In this document: piece by piece, positions 10,827-21,345 of the stretch | Position numbering within the stretch: the stretch's first letter is position 1 | Layout of the letters: each line of letters begins with the position of its first letter | Source: Gloeobacterales cyanobacterium | GTDB taxonomy: Bacteria > Cyanobacteriota > Cyanobacteriia > Gloeobacterales > PMM-0068 | Assembly (NCBI GenBank): GCA_038245785.1 | Contig: JBBRSB010000019.1 | Location: 22,972 to 86,971, forward strand | Reading direction: 5' to 3' | Length of the DNA stretch: 64,000 bases | Position numbers and translations under genes: made by a program | The notes under the pieces: model-generated | Databases searched by the model: none | The model's input: only the letters and a program-made list of their open reading frames with translations | What the model was told of the DNA's origin: nothing

Positions 10827-11867
10827 ATGGCTGTAATTCTTGCCCTTGAAACCAGTTGTGACGAAACGGCCTGCGCCATCATCCGGGATCGCGAGGTCTT
10901 GGCCTCCGTGGTCAGTTCTCAGATTGAGGTGCATAAGCGCTATGGCGGAGTGGTTCCAGAAGTGGCCTCCCGACAGCATGTCCTGACGATCAATCCGGTC
11001 ATTGCAGAAACTCTGGCGACTGCATCTATAGGTTGGGAAGCTATCGATGGCATTGGCGTAACCTGCGGGCCAGGTCTTGTCGGATCTCTGCTCACGGGGG
11101 TAATGGCGGCAAAAACCTTAGCCTGGATTCACGAAAAGCCTTTGATCGCCGTCCATCATCTAGAAGGTCACCTTTACTCCGCTTTTCTAGCGCAGCCGAC
11201 CCTAGAGCCTCCTTTTTTATGCCTCTTGGTCTCCGGTGGTCATACGATGCTGATCCATGTTCGTGCCCATGGAGATTATGAAATTTTGGGCCAAACCCGA
11301 GATGATGCGGCAGGGGAAGCCTATGACAAAACGGCACGACTTTTGGGCTTACCCTATCCAGGAGGACCAGAGATTGATCACCTTGCCCATGCGGGAAATG
11401 CCAAAGCGTTCGCTTTTCCTAAAGGCAAAGTTGACCATCCCTATGACACCAGCTTTAGCGGACTCAAAACTGCAGTCAGGAGGACCGTAGAACAGCTAAG
11501 GACTCAATTACCCAAAGAAAATTTTCCCTTATCTGACCTTTGTGCCAGCTTCCAAAGGGCCGTAGTGGAAGTCTTAGTTGAAAAGTCTATGCGTGGATTG
11601 GAACAATTCAATCTGTCCACGCTTGTGGTTTGTGGAGGAGTGGCCGCTAACCGAGGCTTACGGGAAAGGCTAAGTCAGGAGTCTGCTCGGCGAGGCTACA
11701 GCGTCGTTTTTCCCGCTTTTACCTACTGCACGGATAATGCGGCAATGATCGGTTGCGCTGCTGCTCAGAAGTATAAACAGGGATTGATTTCAGACTGGGA
11801 AATCGGGGTATTCTCTCGCATGGACTTAGACCAGACAGCTTCGTTGTACCGCAGTTTCTCAGGCTAA
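10827..11867 (+). CDS. tsaD: tRNA N6-adenosine threonylcarbamoyltransferase
   Basis: LETSCDET, GGVVPEVASRQH, HHLEGH, VSGGHT, DDAAGEAYDK, TDNAAMIG. Confidence 0.97.
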   Translation: MAVILALETSCDETACAIIRDREVLASVVSSQIEVHKRYGGVVPEVASRQHVLTINPVIAETLATASIGWEAIDGIGVTCGPGLVGSLLTGVMAAKTLAWIHEKPLIAVHHLEGHLYSAFLAQPTLEPPFLCLLVSGGHTMLIHVRAHGDYEILGQTRDDAAGEAYDKTARLLGLPYPGGPEIDHLAHAGNAKAFAFPKGKVDHPYDTSFSGLKTAVRRTVEQLRTQLPKENFPLSDLCASFQRAVVEVLVEKSMRGLEQFNLSTLVVCGGVAANRGLRERLSQESARRGYSVVFPAFTYCTDNAAMIGCAAAQKYKQGLISDWEIGVFSRMDLDQTASLYRSFSG

Positions 11868-11920
11868 TGCCGAACCATTAACCAGAATATTAGAGGACTC
11901 TTTTCCGCTACAATCCCTGC

Positions 11921-12760
11921 ATGTTCGACAATACCTGTAAATTCCTCGCTGAGAGCTTTCCCGCTGATTTTGCCACTTGGTTGCTCGGTGAACCCATTAC
12001 CCTAACCAAACTCAGCCCAACTGAACTTTCACTGGAACCAATTCGAGCAGATTCGCTAATTCTGCTGGATTCAGCCGAAATCGTTCTCCATGCAGAATTC
12101 CAGACCGAACCAGACCCCACCATGGGATTCAGGATGGCAGACTACCATCTAAGAGTCTTTAAGCGCTTTCCAGAGAAAAGAATGCTTCAAGTGGTCATAT
12201 ATTTGAAGCCTACAGGCTCAAATCTTGTGTACCAGAACGTATATGAGACGGAGAAGATGCGGCACGAATTTCAGGTTATCCGCCTCTGGGAGCAGCCCAC
12301 TCAACCCTTTTTGGAATCCACGGGTTTATTGCCCCTGGCTGTGCTCACACAGACCCCAGACAAGGCTCAAACCTTACGTCAAGTGGCCGCACGAGTTGAG
12401 GCTATTCCAGAAATGAGGGTTCAGAGCAATGTAGCCGCCTCTGCTGGGATTCTAGCAGGGCTATTATTGAGGAGGGATTTTATCAATCAGGTTCTCAGGA
12501 GAGAAATCATGCAGCAATCTGTGGTTTATCAGGAGTGGAGAGAAGAATTTCTTCAGGAAGGTCGTCAGGAGGGGGAACAATCGCTCATTCTCCGCCAGCT
12601 TACCCGCCGTATTGGTAACGTTGCTCCAGCTTTGCAAGCCCAAGTTCAAGCCTTGTCTCTCGCTCAGCTTGAATCCCTAGGCGAAGCGCTGTTGGATTTC
12701 TCAGAAACTGCTGATTTGGAAGAGTGGTTCCAGAATTTGCAGCCTGATAGCGTGTCCTAA
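11921..12760 (+). CDS. Rpn-family PD-(D/E)XK putative nuclease/transposase with DUF4351 C-terminus
   Basis: DNTCKFLAE, IRADSLI, LHAEFQT, RMADY; C-terminal EGRQEGEQSLILRQLTRRIG...LESLGEALLDF. Confidence 0.9.
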   Translation: MFDNTCKFLAESFPADFATWLLGEPITLTKLSPTELSLEPIRADSLILLDSAEIVLHAEFQTEPDPTMGFRMADYHLRVFKRFPEKRMLQVVIYLKPTGSNLVYQNVYETEKMRHEFQVIRLWEQPTQPFLESTGLLPLAVLTQTPDKAQTLRQVAARVEAIPEMRVQSNVAASAGILAGLLLRRDFINQVLRREIMQQSVVYQEWREEFLQEGRQEGEQSLILRQLTRRIGNVAPALQAQVQALSLAQLESLGEALLDFSETADLEEWFQNLQPDSVS

Positions 12761-12895
12761 CAATCAATCCGGTTATTGCAAAATCCTGGCCGGCGCATCT
12801 ATAGGTATTGCTCAGAAGTATAAACAGGGATTGGTTTCAAACTGGGAAATCTGGGTATTCTCTCGAATGGAGCTATACCAGACAGCTTCGTTGTA
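12722..12895 (+). pseudogene. tsaD: Decayed, internally deleted copy of tsaD
   Basis: 12722-12806 aligns to tsaD 10948-11033; 12809-12895 aligns to tsaD 11762-11848 (80/87 identical by eye). Confidence 0.85.
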
Positions 12896-12965
12896 TTGTC
12901 ATCCTTAGAAAGGCTTTACCTGTTTTCCCTTACACTAATTTCTCAGTGGAAATAAAAAGGGTGTC

Positions 12966-13832
12966 GTGACATCAAACTCCCCATCATCAGCAGGAAATTC
13001 TAGGGGACTGCGTCAGCCTACTGCCGTGATTCAACCCTCAAGTGGCTGGGCGGCCCTAAATCTACGTGAACTCTGGGCATATCGTGATCTACTGTTCATT
13101 CTTGCTGGCCGCGATGTCAAATTGCGATATAAACAGACAGCCTTGGGAGTTATCTGGGTTATTTTGCAACCCTTAGTAGCGGCTTTGATTTTTGCCACTA
13201 TCTTTGGAAAATTTGCCAAACTACCTAGTGATGATTCTCCTTATATCCTCTTCGTCTTCTGTGGACTATTGCCTTGGAACTACTTTGCAGGTGCACTGCA
13301 GCGTGCTGGCAATAGTTTAATTACAGATTCAAGGTTGATATCGAAAGTTTATTTTCCGCGTTTGCTTATTCCTTTCGCTAGCACATTTGCAGTCTTGATA
13401 GATTTTGGTGTCACCCTGGTAGTCCTATTTGGATTGATGCTTCTCTATGGTGTTAGTCCAACCTGGCAAATATTGACACTACCCTTCTTTTTGCTTATGA
13501 CAACCCTCTGTGCCACGGGCGTCAGTCTCTGGCTATCGGCACTCAATGTGCAATATCGAGATTTTGTATATGCAATGCCCTTCATCATTCAAGTCTGGAT
13601 GTATGGAAGCCCAGTGGTCTATGCTACGAGCATCGTGCCAGAAAAATTACGATGGATTTACAGCTTGAACCCTGCTGTTGGATTTATTGAGGGGTTTAGG
13701 TGGGCACTCTTAGGGAAGAGTGCACTTACCTGGGAGATGACAATAGTTACGCTGATTGTCTCTGTGGTTGCATTCGTGAGTGGGGCTTTCTTTTTCCGAC
13801 GGGTTGAGCGAGGTTTTGCTGACGTAGTGTGA
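12966..13832 (+). CDS. wzm: Polysaccharide ABC exporter permease (Wzm/TagG)
   Basis: RDVKLRYKQTALGVIW, LISKVYFPR, YRD, LNP. Confidence 0.92.
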   Translation: MTSNSPSSAGNSRGLRQPTAVIQPSSGWAALNLRELWAYRDLLFILAGRDVKLRYKQTALGVIWVILQPLVAALIFATIFGKFAKLPSDDSPYILFVFCGLLPWNYFAGALQRAGNSLITDSRLISKVYFPRLLIPFASTFAVLIDFGVTLVVLFGLMLLYGVSPTWQILTLPFFLLMTTLCATGVSLWLSALNVQYRDFVYAMPFIIQVWMYGSPVVYATSIVPEKLRWIYSLNPAVGFIEGFRWALLGKSALTWEMTIVTLIVSVVAFVSGAFFFRRVERGFADVV

Positions 13833-13938
13833 TGTTGAATAGGCAAGGCTTCGCTTCTGCCACATAAGAGAATGTATCTGTTTTTGGGTAAAATAACGTA
13901 GGCTTGCTTCTCGCTACGGTTTAAAAAACAGGAAAGTA

Positions 13939-15198
13939 ATGAGTGATGTTGCCATCCGGGTTGAAGGCTTAAGTAAGAGCTACCAGATCACTCGAACTGA
14001 TCAGTCTCAACGCTATAAAACGCTCCAGGAAGATCTACTTGCTTTACCCCGCAAGCTGCTGAGAACATTCAAACAGCCTGAGGTTCAGACATTTTGGGCT
14101 CTAAATGATATATCTTTCGAAATCAAGCAGGGTGAAGTTCTTGGCATAATTGGTCGTAATGGAGCAGGGAAAAGTACGCTGCTCAAAGTTCTTTCGCGCA
14201 TTACTGAACCTACTTCAGGACGTGCTGAGATTTACGGACGTATTGGGTCTTTACTTGAAGTTGGAACTGGTTTTCATCCTGAGTTGACGGGTCGGGAGAA
14301 CATTTATCTGAATGGTGCGATTCTCGGTATGCGACGCAATGAAATTGCCAAGCATTTTGATGAAATTGTTGACTTTGCAGAGGTGGAAAAGTTCATCGAC
14401 ACACCTGTCAAACGTTACTCTAGTGGCATGTATATGCGACTTGCCTTTGCAGTAGCAGCATACCTTGAGCCTGAAATTCTGATTGTCGATGAAGTATTAG
14501 CAGTTGGAGATGCAGAATTTCAAAAGAAGTGTTTGGGAAAAATGGGTGAAGTGGCCAACAGTGGTCGAACAGTTTTATTCGTTAGTCATAATATGACAGC
14601 GGTAAGGCAGCTCTGTGAGATAGGGATTTTATTAAATGAAGGTAGTATTTATAAGCAGGGAGATGTTTCCTCTGTAGCTACTGATTACGAAAGAATTAGT
14701 ACAGATAACCTAAGCAGCACATGGTTAAACAAAAAAAAATATAATCAGAATGAAGAGACTTCCATCGAAAAGATTGAGATATTAGATAAAGGTTATAAAG
14801 AAAGGAATAATTTTCTAAGTAGTGAGTCTATCTTTTTAAGATTCACTATTGATGTAAAAGAAGAAAATTCTAATTTAAAAATAGGTTTTGATTTGGTAAA
14901 AAATGGCACTGTTGTATTTAGATCTCAGCATGTAGATTCAAAAAGCTTTATCAAGAAAATTCCATCTGGAAAAAGTTGTTTAGTATGTGAAATACCGGGA
15001 AAATCTTTGAACTCTGGAGATTATTCTATTACTCCGCTGATATCCATACACTGTATCAAGAGTTTAATTGATGTTAGAGAACCTGTTTTAAGCTTTAATG
15101 TCACATTGGATTCAAGTCTATCTGATTTTCATACTGTATTAAATGAACAGAATCATCCAGGTTTAGTTTTTCCTTTATTGAACTGGATCACTGATTAA
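13939..15198 (+). CDS. wzt: Polysaccharide ABC exporter ATPase with Wzt C-terminal domain
   Basis: GRNGAGKST, YSSGMYMRLAF, DEVLAVGD; AT-rich beta-rich C-terminal domain. Confidence 0.93.
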   Translation: MSDVAIRVEGLSKSYQITRTDQSQRYKTLQEDLLALPRKLLRTFKQPEVQTFWALNDISFEIKQGEVLGIIGRNGAGKSTLLKVLSRITEPTSGRAEIYGRIGSLLEVGTGFHPELTGRENIYLNGAILGMRRNEIAKHFDEIVDFAEVEKFIDTPVKRYSSGMYMRLAFAVAAYLEPEILIVDEVLAVGDAEFQKKCLGKMGEVANSGRTVLFVSHNMTAVRQLCEIGILLNEGSIYKQGDVSSVATDYERISTDNLSSTWLNKKKYNQNEETSIEKIEILDKGYKERNNFLSSESIFLRFTIDVKEENSNLKIGFDLVKNGTVVFRSQHVDSKSFIKKIPSGKSCLVCEIPGKSLNSGDYSITPLISIHCIKSLIDVREPVLSFNVTLDSSLSDFHTVLNEQNHPGLVFPLLNWITD

Positions 15199-15206
15199 AA
15201 ATTACC

Positions 15207-15893
15207 ATGGAGCTAAAAATGATAAATCGATTGACTCGTCTATTTAGAGGTTCAGATCCTAAGGTGGGGGAAATATCTAAGAGCTACATCGCTAAATTTT
15301 TACCGGAAGATCCAACAATTATTGAAGCCGGAGCCCATGTTGGAGTTGATACTCTCGAAATGAGCAAACTTTGGCCTTTGGCTCATATCCATGCGTTTGA
15401 ACCGATCCCAACAATCTTCCAATCGCTGAAAGAGAATACTTCAAAATCAAGAAATGTTACTTGTTATCCTTTGGCCCTAAGTGACAGTAATGGAACTGCA
15501 GAGATATTTGTTAGTGGTGGTACTTCAGATGGTTCAAGTTCACTACTTGCCCCAAAAGAGCATTTAACTGAACATCCAAGCGTAACATTTACCAATAAGA
15601 TTGCGGTGAGCACAGTTACGCTTGACAAATGGGCATTGGAAGAAAACATAAGAAGGATTGATTTTCTTTGGTTAGACATGCAAGGGTATGAATTCAATGT
15701 GCTAAAAGCATCACCAGATATTTTAGAATCAGTACTTGTTATACATACTGAAGTTTCCCTCAAGCATATCTATGAAAATGCCCCACTCTATCCGGAATTG
15801 CGCCAATGGATCGAGAGTAAAGGTTTTGAAGTTAAGTTTGAAGCATTACCTTGGAAGGATGCGGGGAATATATTATTTGTTCGCAAGCCATGA
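15207..15893 (+). CDS. FkbM family methyltransferase
   Basis: IEAGAHVG, HAFEP, VTLD, IDFLWLDMQGYE. Confidence 0.88.
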   Translation: MELKMINRLTRLFRGSDPKVGEISKSYIAKFLPEDPTIIEAGAHVGVDTLEMSKLWPLAHIHAFEPIPTIFQSLKENTSKSRNVTCYPLALSDSNGTAEIFVSGGTSDGSSSLLAPKEHLTEHPSVTFTNKIAVSTVTLDKWALEENIRRIDFLWLDMQGYEFNVLKASPDILESVLVIHTEVSLKHIYENAPLYPELRQWIESKGFEVKFEALPWKDAGNILFVRKP

Positions 15894-15930
15894 GTATATA
15901 TTTTTTCCACTAATTAATAACTGAGAAGAA

Positions 15931-16722
15931 GTGATGAATTGTCCATTATGTGATTGTACTAAAATTCATCATCTATTCACTCCTGGTTCCGGAGAAAAAT
16001 GGATAGTGGAAGCTTGTGGAAGGTGTACGAATGCCTGGACTATACCTTCTCCAAAGGCTATTTCATATGAGTATGATAATTTCCATGCACAATTTTCTTT
16101 TCAGTCTGTGGCAGACTTGCCGGCCCAATGGAAAAAATCATTATTGATGCAAGCAGAACTCATTTCTAAGTCCCTTGGTCCAAGCGCGAGGATTTTAGAG
16201 ATTGGCTGTGGAGAAGGATTACTGCTCAGTGAGCTAGGTCGGCGAGGATTCCTTGTGACGGGTATCGAACCCAGTAAATCGGCGGGAGACGTAGCGCGAG
16301 GAAGAGGACTCAATGTGATTACAGGCTACTTCCCACATTCTGAAGTGTCTGGACCATTCGATGCTGTGGTAATGTCTCACGTGCTTGAGCACATGTCAAA
16401 TCCAACCGAAGTTCTGCATGAAGTAGGAAAGCTAGTACCTGAGGGCAAAGTCTTACTGATTCAAACAAACTGGCAGGGACTAGTGCCTAGACTACAAAGT
16501 CGAAAATGGTACGCCTGGGTGCCTGAGCAACATTACTGGCATTTCACTCCCAAGGGACTTAGTAGTGTCTTGGAAAACTCATTAGGCTGGAAAGTAAATA
16601 AGGTTCAACACTCAAGTCTCGATCATGGAAGCAGTAGACTGTCTCGTATCTCTGAGTTACTCCCTATGTTTTGTGATCAGTTTCACTTACTTGCAGACAT
16701 ACCCTCGAAGATCCTCAAATGA
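15931..16722 (+). CDS. Class I SAM methyltransferase with N-terminal CxxC Zn finger
   Basis: CPLC...CGRC, LEIGCGEG, SHVLEH. Confidence 0.88.
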   Translation: MMNCPLCDCTKIHHLFTPGSGEKWIVEACGRCTNAWTIPSPKAISYEYDNFHAQFSFQSVADLPAQWKKSLLMQAELISKSLGPSARILEIGCGEGLLLSELGRRGFLVTGIEPSKSAGDVARGRGLNVITGYFPHSEVSGPFDAVVMSHVLEHMSNPTEVLHEVGKLVPEGKVLLIQTNWQGLVPRLQSRKWYAWVPEQHYWHFTPKGLSSVLENSLGWKVNKVQHSSLDHGSSRLSRISELLPMFCDQFHLLADIPSKILK

Positions 16723-17711
16723 ATCACCCTACTGTTATTTGTCTCACGCCCGTTAGGAATGAAGCATGGATACTAGAGCGCTTCTTAAAATGTGCGAGCC
16801 TTTGGGCTGACTATATCATCATCGCAGATCAACACTCTGATGATGGATCACGCGAAATAGCACAACGTTTTGAAAAAGTAATTCTAATAGACAATTCTTC
16901 TCAGCAATATAGTGAATCAGATCGGCAGAAACTACTTATTGAAGAAGCTAGAAAAATATCGGGACCTCGTCTATTAATCACTTTAGATGCCGATGAGTTC
17001 TTGACAGCAAATTTTATGGATAGTGCTGAATGGCTAACTGTATTAAATGCACCAACTGGCACTGTTGTTAAATTTCAGTGGGCAAATATACGACCTGATA
17101 TGGCTACATATTGGATGCCATCTACAGAATTTGCTTGGGGTTTTATTGATGATGGAAGTGAGCATGTAGGCACTAAAATTCATAGTCCTAGAATCCCTAT
17201 TCCTAAAAATGCGAACAGTATCAGCCTCAGAGATATTAGAGTTCTTCACTACCAGTACACAGATTGGGAGCGAATGAAGAGTAAGCATCGTTGGTATCAA
17301 TGTTGGGAACGTATCAACCATCCTGAGCGACATGCAATCGATATTTACAGGCAATATCATCATATGTATGCTATTCCTCTCAATGAAATTAAAGTAATTC
17401 CAGATGACTGGAAATCTGAATATGATAGACAGGGAATCGATATGACAAGTACATGTCGGACAGAAAAATTTAGATGGGATGAAGAAGTTTTGGATTTGAT
17501 ACAGAAATATGGCGCTTTGAAGTTTAAGAGAGAGGCTATCTGGGATTTTGATTGGTCTGTCTTATCAGAACTAACAGGCTCTAATTCTGTGCGTGACCCT
17601 CGCAGTAAGCTTGATAGATACCTACATCATTGGCTAGAAAGAACACAACCAGACCAAGATAAGCTAATAGTTAAAGCCATTACAAAAATTCTTCGGTTGC
17701 TAGGATGGTAA
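16719..17711 (+). CDS. Glycosyltransferase family 2
   Basis: PVRNEAWIL, DQHSDDGS, LDADE. Confidence 0.85.
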   Translation: MNHPTVICLTPVRNEAWILERFLKCASLWADYIIIADQHSDDGSREIAQRFEKVILIDNSSQQYSESDRQKLLIEEARKISGPRLLITLDADEFLTANFMDSAEWLTVLNAPTGTVVKFQWANIRPDMATYWMPSTEFAWGFIDDGSEHVGTKIHSPRIPIPKNANSISLRDIRVLHYQYTDWERMKSKHRWYQCWERINHPERHAIDIYRQYHHMYAIPLNEIKVIPDDWKSEYDRQGIDMTSTCRTEKFRWDEEVLDLIQKYGALKFKREAIWDFDWSVLSELTGSNSVRDPRSKLDRYLHHWLERTQPDQDKLIVKAITKILRLLGW

Positions 17712-17714
17712 TCA

Positions 17715-18452
17715 ATGCTGGAAATTATATCAATTACTAAAGATGACATGCAGGGAATTCTCTCTACAGTTCATAGTACTAGAGCTTTGAGAGAGCAGTA
17801 TTCTGTCAAACAAATAATAGTGGACAGCAGTTCAAATACGATAAGTTCTACTCTCAAAAGCAACTTGGCTAAAGAAAAGAATATTGAGTATATCTGGCAA
17901 GAACCTTTGGGAATAAGTTATGCATTCAATGTGGGATTACAACTTTCTAATGCGAAATGGTTGTGGTTTCTTAATGGTGGAGATGAAATACACCCTGACT
18001 TAGATATTAATCTTCTTATAGCACTTCTAAAATCAAGTACAGCAGATGCTATTATTTTTGAGTTAGAGTTTGTTGATAGGATATCTAGACGTCCTCCCCT
18101 ATATGCGCTCTGGCCACCTGTTGCTAATTGGATACCTCATCCTTCAACTCTTCTGAGAAGAGATATTTTAAATAAAGTAGGTGGTTTTGATAACACCTAT
18201 AGAATTGCAATGGATGGAGAGTTATGGCTGCGTTTGTTTGGGAAGGGAGCAAGACCAGACTTAATTTCGCTTCCTTTAACAAAGTTTGCTTCAGGGGGAA
18301 TATCTGAGTCTCATAGTCAAGCGGCTAAAGAGGTTGAGAGACTAATTCGTGTACATTCCAGATTACTCCTAAAACGTTGGTTGCAACAAGGAATTGACAC
18401 ACTGCGGGCTTGGAATCACTTTCGCAGACTGTCTAAGGGGAAAAGTAGTTAA
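17715..18452 (+). CDS. Glycosyltransferase family 2 (WfgS-like)
   Basis: GISYAFNVG, WFLNGGD, HPS, FDNTYRIAMD. Confidence 0.85.
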   Translation: MLEIISITKDDMQGILSTVHSTRALREQYSVKQIIVDSSSNTISSTLKSNLAKEKNIEYIWQEPLGISYAFNVGLQLSNAKWLWFLNGGDEIHPDLDINLLIALLKSSTADAIIFELEFVDRISRRPPLYALWPPVANWIPHPSTLLRRDILNKVGGFDNTYRIAMDGELWLRLFGKGARPDLISLPLTKFASGGISESHSQAAKEVERLIRVHSRLLLKRWLQQGIDTLRAWNHFRRLSKGKSS

Positions 18453-18453
18453 T

Positions 18454-19554
18454 ATGAAAGTTCTGGTAATTCCGGAATATGAGTCTAGTGGGGGGACTCT
18501 ATCTTTCCTGAAAAAACTACTCATGATTCATTCAAAGTATTCTATTGAGACAGCTATCTTAATAGAAAAAGCCCAAGCTGCAGATAGCATCTTAGATTTT
18601 TTTAAAAAGCTAAGTGCAAAGGTTTATATTGGCCAAAATAGAAATTCTATATTCCGTAAAGCTTATATATCTATATTTTATGATTTGTTCTTTTGCTGGA
18701 AAGCTTACAGCTCATTTCAACCTGATTTAATCGTAGTCTCGAATGCATCATGTGGACTTATGCTTGGCAGTTTGCTGTATCCAAAACCCGTGATATTTAT
18801 TATGCATTCATATCCTGAACGAAAAATAAGGGGTGGGATTCTAGCTTTTGTAAAATGGGCGATTCAAGCATCGCATAAATTCGTCACAGTTTCAGAGTCC
18901 TCTGCAAATAACTTAAGCTTATTTATGGGAATTCCGAGAAGCTCGATTAGCGTAATTTTCAATAGCTATGAAAGCATAAACGATATTGAAAAATGTGTCT
19001 TGGAAGAGCGTAAAGATAAGATAGTCCTTACAATTGGTCATGTCACTGAGTATAAGAATCCTGAGTCTTGGCTTGAAGTAGCAGCACATATTGTTGAGCA
19101 AAGGCCCGAGGTGAAATTTATTTGGCTTGGAGATGGTCAACTCTTAAGCTCTATGAGATCAAAAGTTCAGGAATTGGGTATTGAGAAGAATGTTTCTTTT
19201 TTGGGTCACTGCGATCATGTAGAACTGTACTATAAGGAAGCAACGCTCTATTTTCAGCCTAGTTTGCGTGAGAGTCATGGCATAGCAGTAGTTGAGGCCA
19301 TGTCTTTTGGTTTGCCTTGTGTTACTTCAGATATTGGTGGTTTACCTGAATCCGTAATAGACGGCGTCACTGGTCTCACTTGCCATCCAAATGATATAGA
19401 AAACTTTTGTTTGCGCATTACAACACTACTTGACAGTTCTAATACTCGTAACGAAATGGGTGCTGCAGGTAAAGAACGGGCGCAGAAACTATTCTCAGAA
19501 GATATTCAAGAAAAAAAATTCATCGATTTATACAATGAAGCCTTAAGTGTGTAA
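18454..19554 (+). CDS. Glycosyltransferase family 4
   Basis: PSLRESHGIAVVEAMSFGLPCV, GGLPE. Confidence 0.88.
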   Translation: MKVLVIPEYESSGGTLSFLKKLLMIHSKYSIETAILIEKAQAADSILDFFKKLSAKVYIGQNRNSIFRKAYISIFYDLFFCWKAYSSFQPDLIVVSNASCGLMLGSLLYPKPVIFIMHSYPERKIRGGILAFVKWAIQASHKFVTVSESSANNLSLFMGIPRSSISVIFNSYESINDIEKCVLEERKDKIVLTIGHVTEYKNPESWLEVAAHIVEQRPEVKFIWLGDGQLLSSMRSKVQELGIEKNVSFLGHCDHVELYYKEATLYFQPSLRESHGIAVVEAMSFGLPCVTSDIGGLPESVIDGVTGLTCHPNDIENFCLRITTLLDSSNTRNEMGAAGKERAQKLFSEDIQEKKFIDLYNEALSV

Positions 19555-19574
19555 AATTTTGTAGAAAGTGTGTG

Positions 19575-20477
19575 ATGTCCTTTATGAATACTCCTGTTGT
19601 TTTTCTAATCTTCAATCGTCCTGAAACTACAAGGAAAGTCTTTGCAGAAATCACAAAAGTAAAGCCGGCAAAGTTATTAGTTATTGCCGATGGTCCTCGT
19701 TCTAACTGCTTTTGGGAAACTGAAAAATGTGCTGAAACTCGCTCTATTATTGAACGTGTAGATTGGGATTGTGAAGTATTAACTAATTATTCTGAGGTGA
19801 ATTTGGGTTGCAAGTCTCGGATAGCGAGTGGATTAGACTGGGTGTTTAGTATAGTTGAAGAGGCGATTATTCTCGAAGATGACTGTCTACCCAATGAAAC
19901 GTTCTTTCGATTTTGCGAAGAGTTGCTGAAAAGGTATCGTGATGATGAGAGGATAATGTCTATTTCTGGTACCAATCAGCGATTTGATAAACTTAGAACT
20001 CAGGATAGTTATTACTTCTCTCGATATAACCATATTTGGGGATGGGCTACTTGGAGACGCTCCTGGCAATATTACGATTCTCAGATGAAGCTCTGGCCCA
20101 GAATAAAAGAAGAAGGATGGCTTAAAGATATATTTAAAGAGCCCCGACTCGTAAAATTTTGGGAAAGAAATTTTGAATTGGCCTATGCTGAGACTTGGAA
20201 TACTTGGGACTGGCAGTGGCTTTTCGCTTGTTGGGTCCAGAGTGGATTGAGTATCTTACCTCGTGTGAACTTGATTTCAAACATTGGCTTTGGTGAAAAT
20301 GCAACAACCACAATGGACACGAATAGTAAGCTAGCTCAAGCTGCTAAACTTCCAGTGCAGCCTATGAATTTTCCTCTCCAGCATCCATCTTTTGTAATCC
20401 GTGATAGTCAAGAGGATAATCGTATCCCACAGTTAATTGCTCGCATTAAAAGTAAGACTAAGCTTACTGCTGAATGA
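19575..20477 (+). CDS. Nucleotide-diphospho-sugar transferase (GT-A, 'HlpA-like')
   Basis: FNRPE, ADGPR, NLGC, IILEDDC, WGWATWRR, NLISNIGF. Confidence 0.85.
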   Translation: MSFMNTPVVFLIFNRPETTRKVFAEITKVKPAKLLVIADGPRSNCFWETEKCAETRSIIERVDWDCEVLTNYSEVNLGCKSRIASGLDWVFSIVEEAIILEDDCLPNETFFRFCEELLKRYRDDERIMSISGTNQRFDKLRTQDSYYFSRYNHIWGWATWRRSWQYYDSQMKLWPRIKEEGWLKDIFKEPRLVKFWERNFELAYAETWNTWDWQWLFACWVQSGLSILPRVNLISNIGFGENATTTMDTNSKLAQAAKLPVQPMNFPLQHPSFVIRDSQEDNRIPQLIARIKSKTKLTAE

Positions 20478-20555
20478 TAACTTTGCCCCCCAAGATTGCC
20501 TTAAGCATAAGGCTAAGCGGATACTTCCCTCTAACGCAGGGGTATTCTATACATT

Positions 20556-21338
20556 ATGGAATGTCATATATGTTCTAGTCCCACAAGTCTTTTCGATAAA
20601 GCTCAAGTGCTTCATAAATATGAAGTTCAATATTATCAATGTGATTACTGTGGTTTTATTCAAACTGAAAAACACTATTGGCTAGATGAAGCTTATTCTG
20701 AGGCAATAACTAAGAGTGACTTGGGGTTAGTCTCCAGAAATATTGCTTTGTCAAGAATATCTAAAGTTATTATCCAGAGCTTTTTTAATGAGAATGCTGA
20801 ATTTGTGGATTACGGCGGTGGTTATGGAATGCTTGTTCGGATGATGCGAGACTTTGGCTTTGATTTCTATCGATCAGATAAATTTTGTGATAATCTCTTA
20901 GCCGTTGGGTTTGATGCTGATAGAGAAGGTACAGGTCAATATGAACTTGTCACTGCTTTTGAAGTCTTTGAACATTTGGTCAATCCATTGCTTGAAATAG
21001 AGCATATGTTGCAATTTTCAAAAAATATTCTCTTCACTACATCACTGCTTCCACCAACGAAACCTAAACTTAGTGAGTGGTGGTACTTTGGGTATGAACA
21101 CGGTCAACACATAGCATTCTACACACCAAAAGCCTTAGCGAAGATTGCTGATAAATTTCATCTAAATCTCTATTCCAACGGGGATTCTTTACATCTGTTA
21201 ACTGAGAAAAGAGTTCCTCCTCTATGCTTTAATCTTATGTCGAGAGATAAAGTTTCTCGCATACTCCATTTATTTTTCTGGAGACGATCTTTGTTAGCCA
21301 AAGATTACTCTCATGTAACGGGCAAAATGCTTAATTGA
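20556..21338 (+). CDS. Class I SAM methyltransferase
   Basis: CHIC...CDYC, DYGGGYG, FEVFEH, GQHIAFY. Confidence 0.85.
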   Translation: MECHICSSPTSLFDKAQVLHKYEVQYYQCDYCGFIQTEKHYWLDEAYSEAITKSDLGLVSRNIALSRISKVIIQSFFNENAEFVDYGGGYGMLVRMMRDFGFDFYRSDKFCDNLLAVGFDADREGTGQYELVTAFEVFEHLVNPLLEIEHMLQFSKNILFTTSLLPPTKPKLSEWWYFGYEHGQHIAFYTPKALAKIADKFHLNLYSNGDSLHLLTEKRVPPLCFNLMSRDKVSRILHLFFWRRSLLAKDYSHVTGKMLN

Positions 21339-21345
21339 ACATCTG

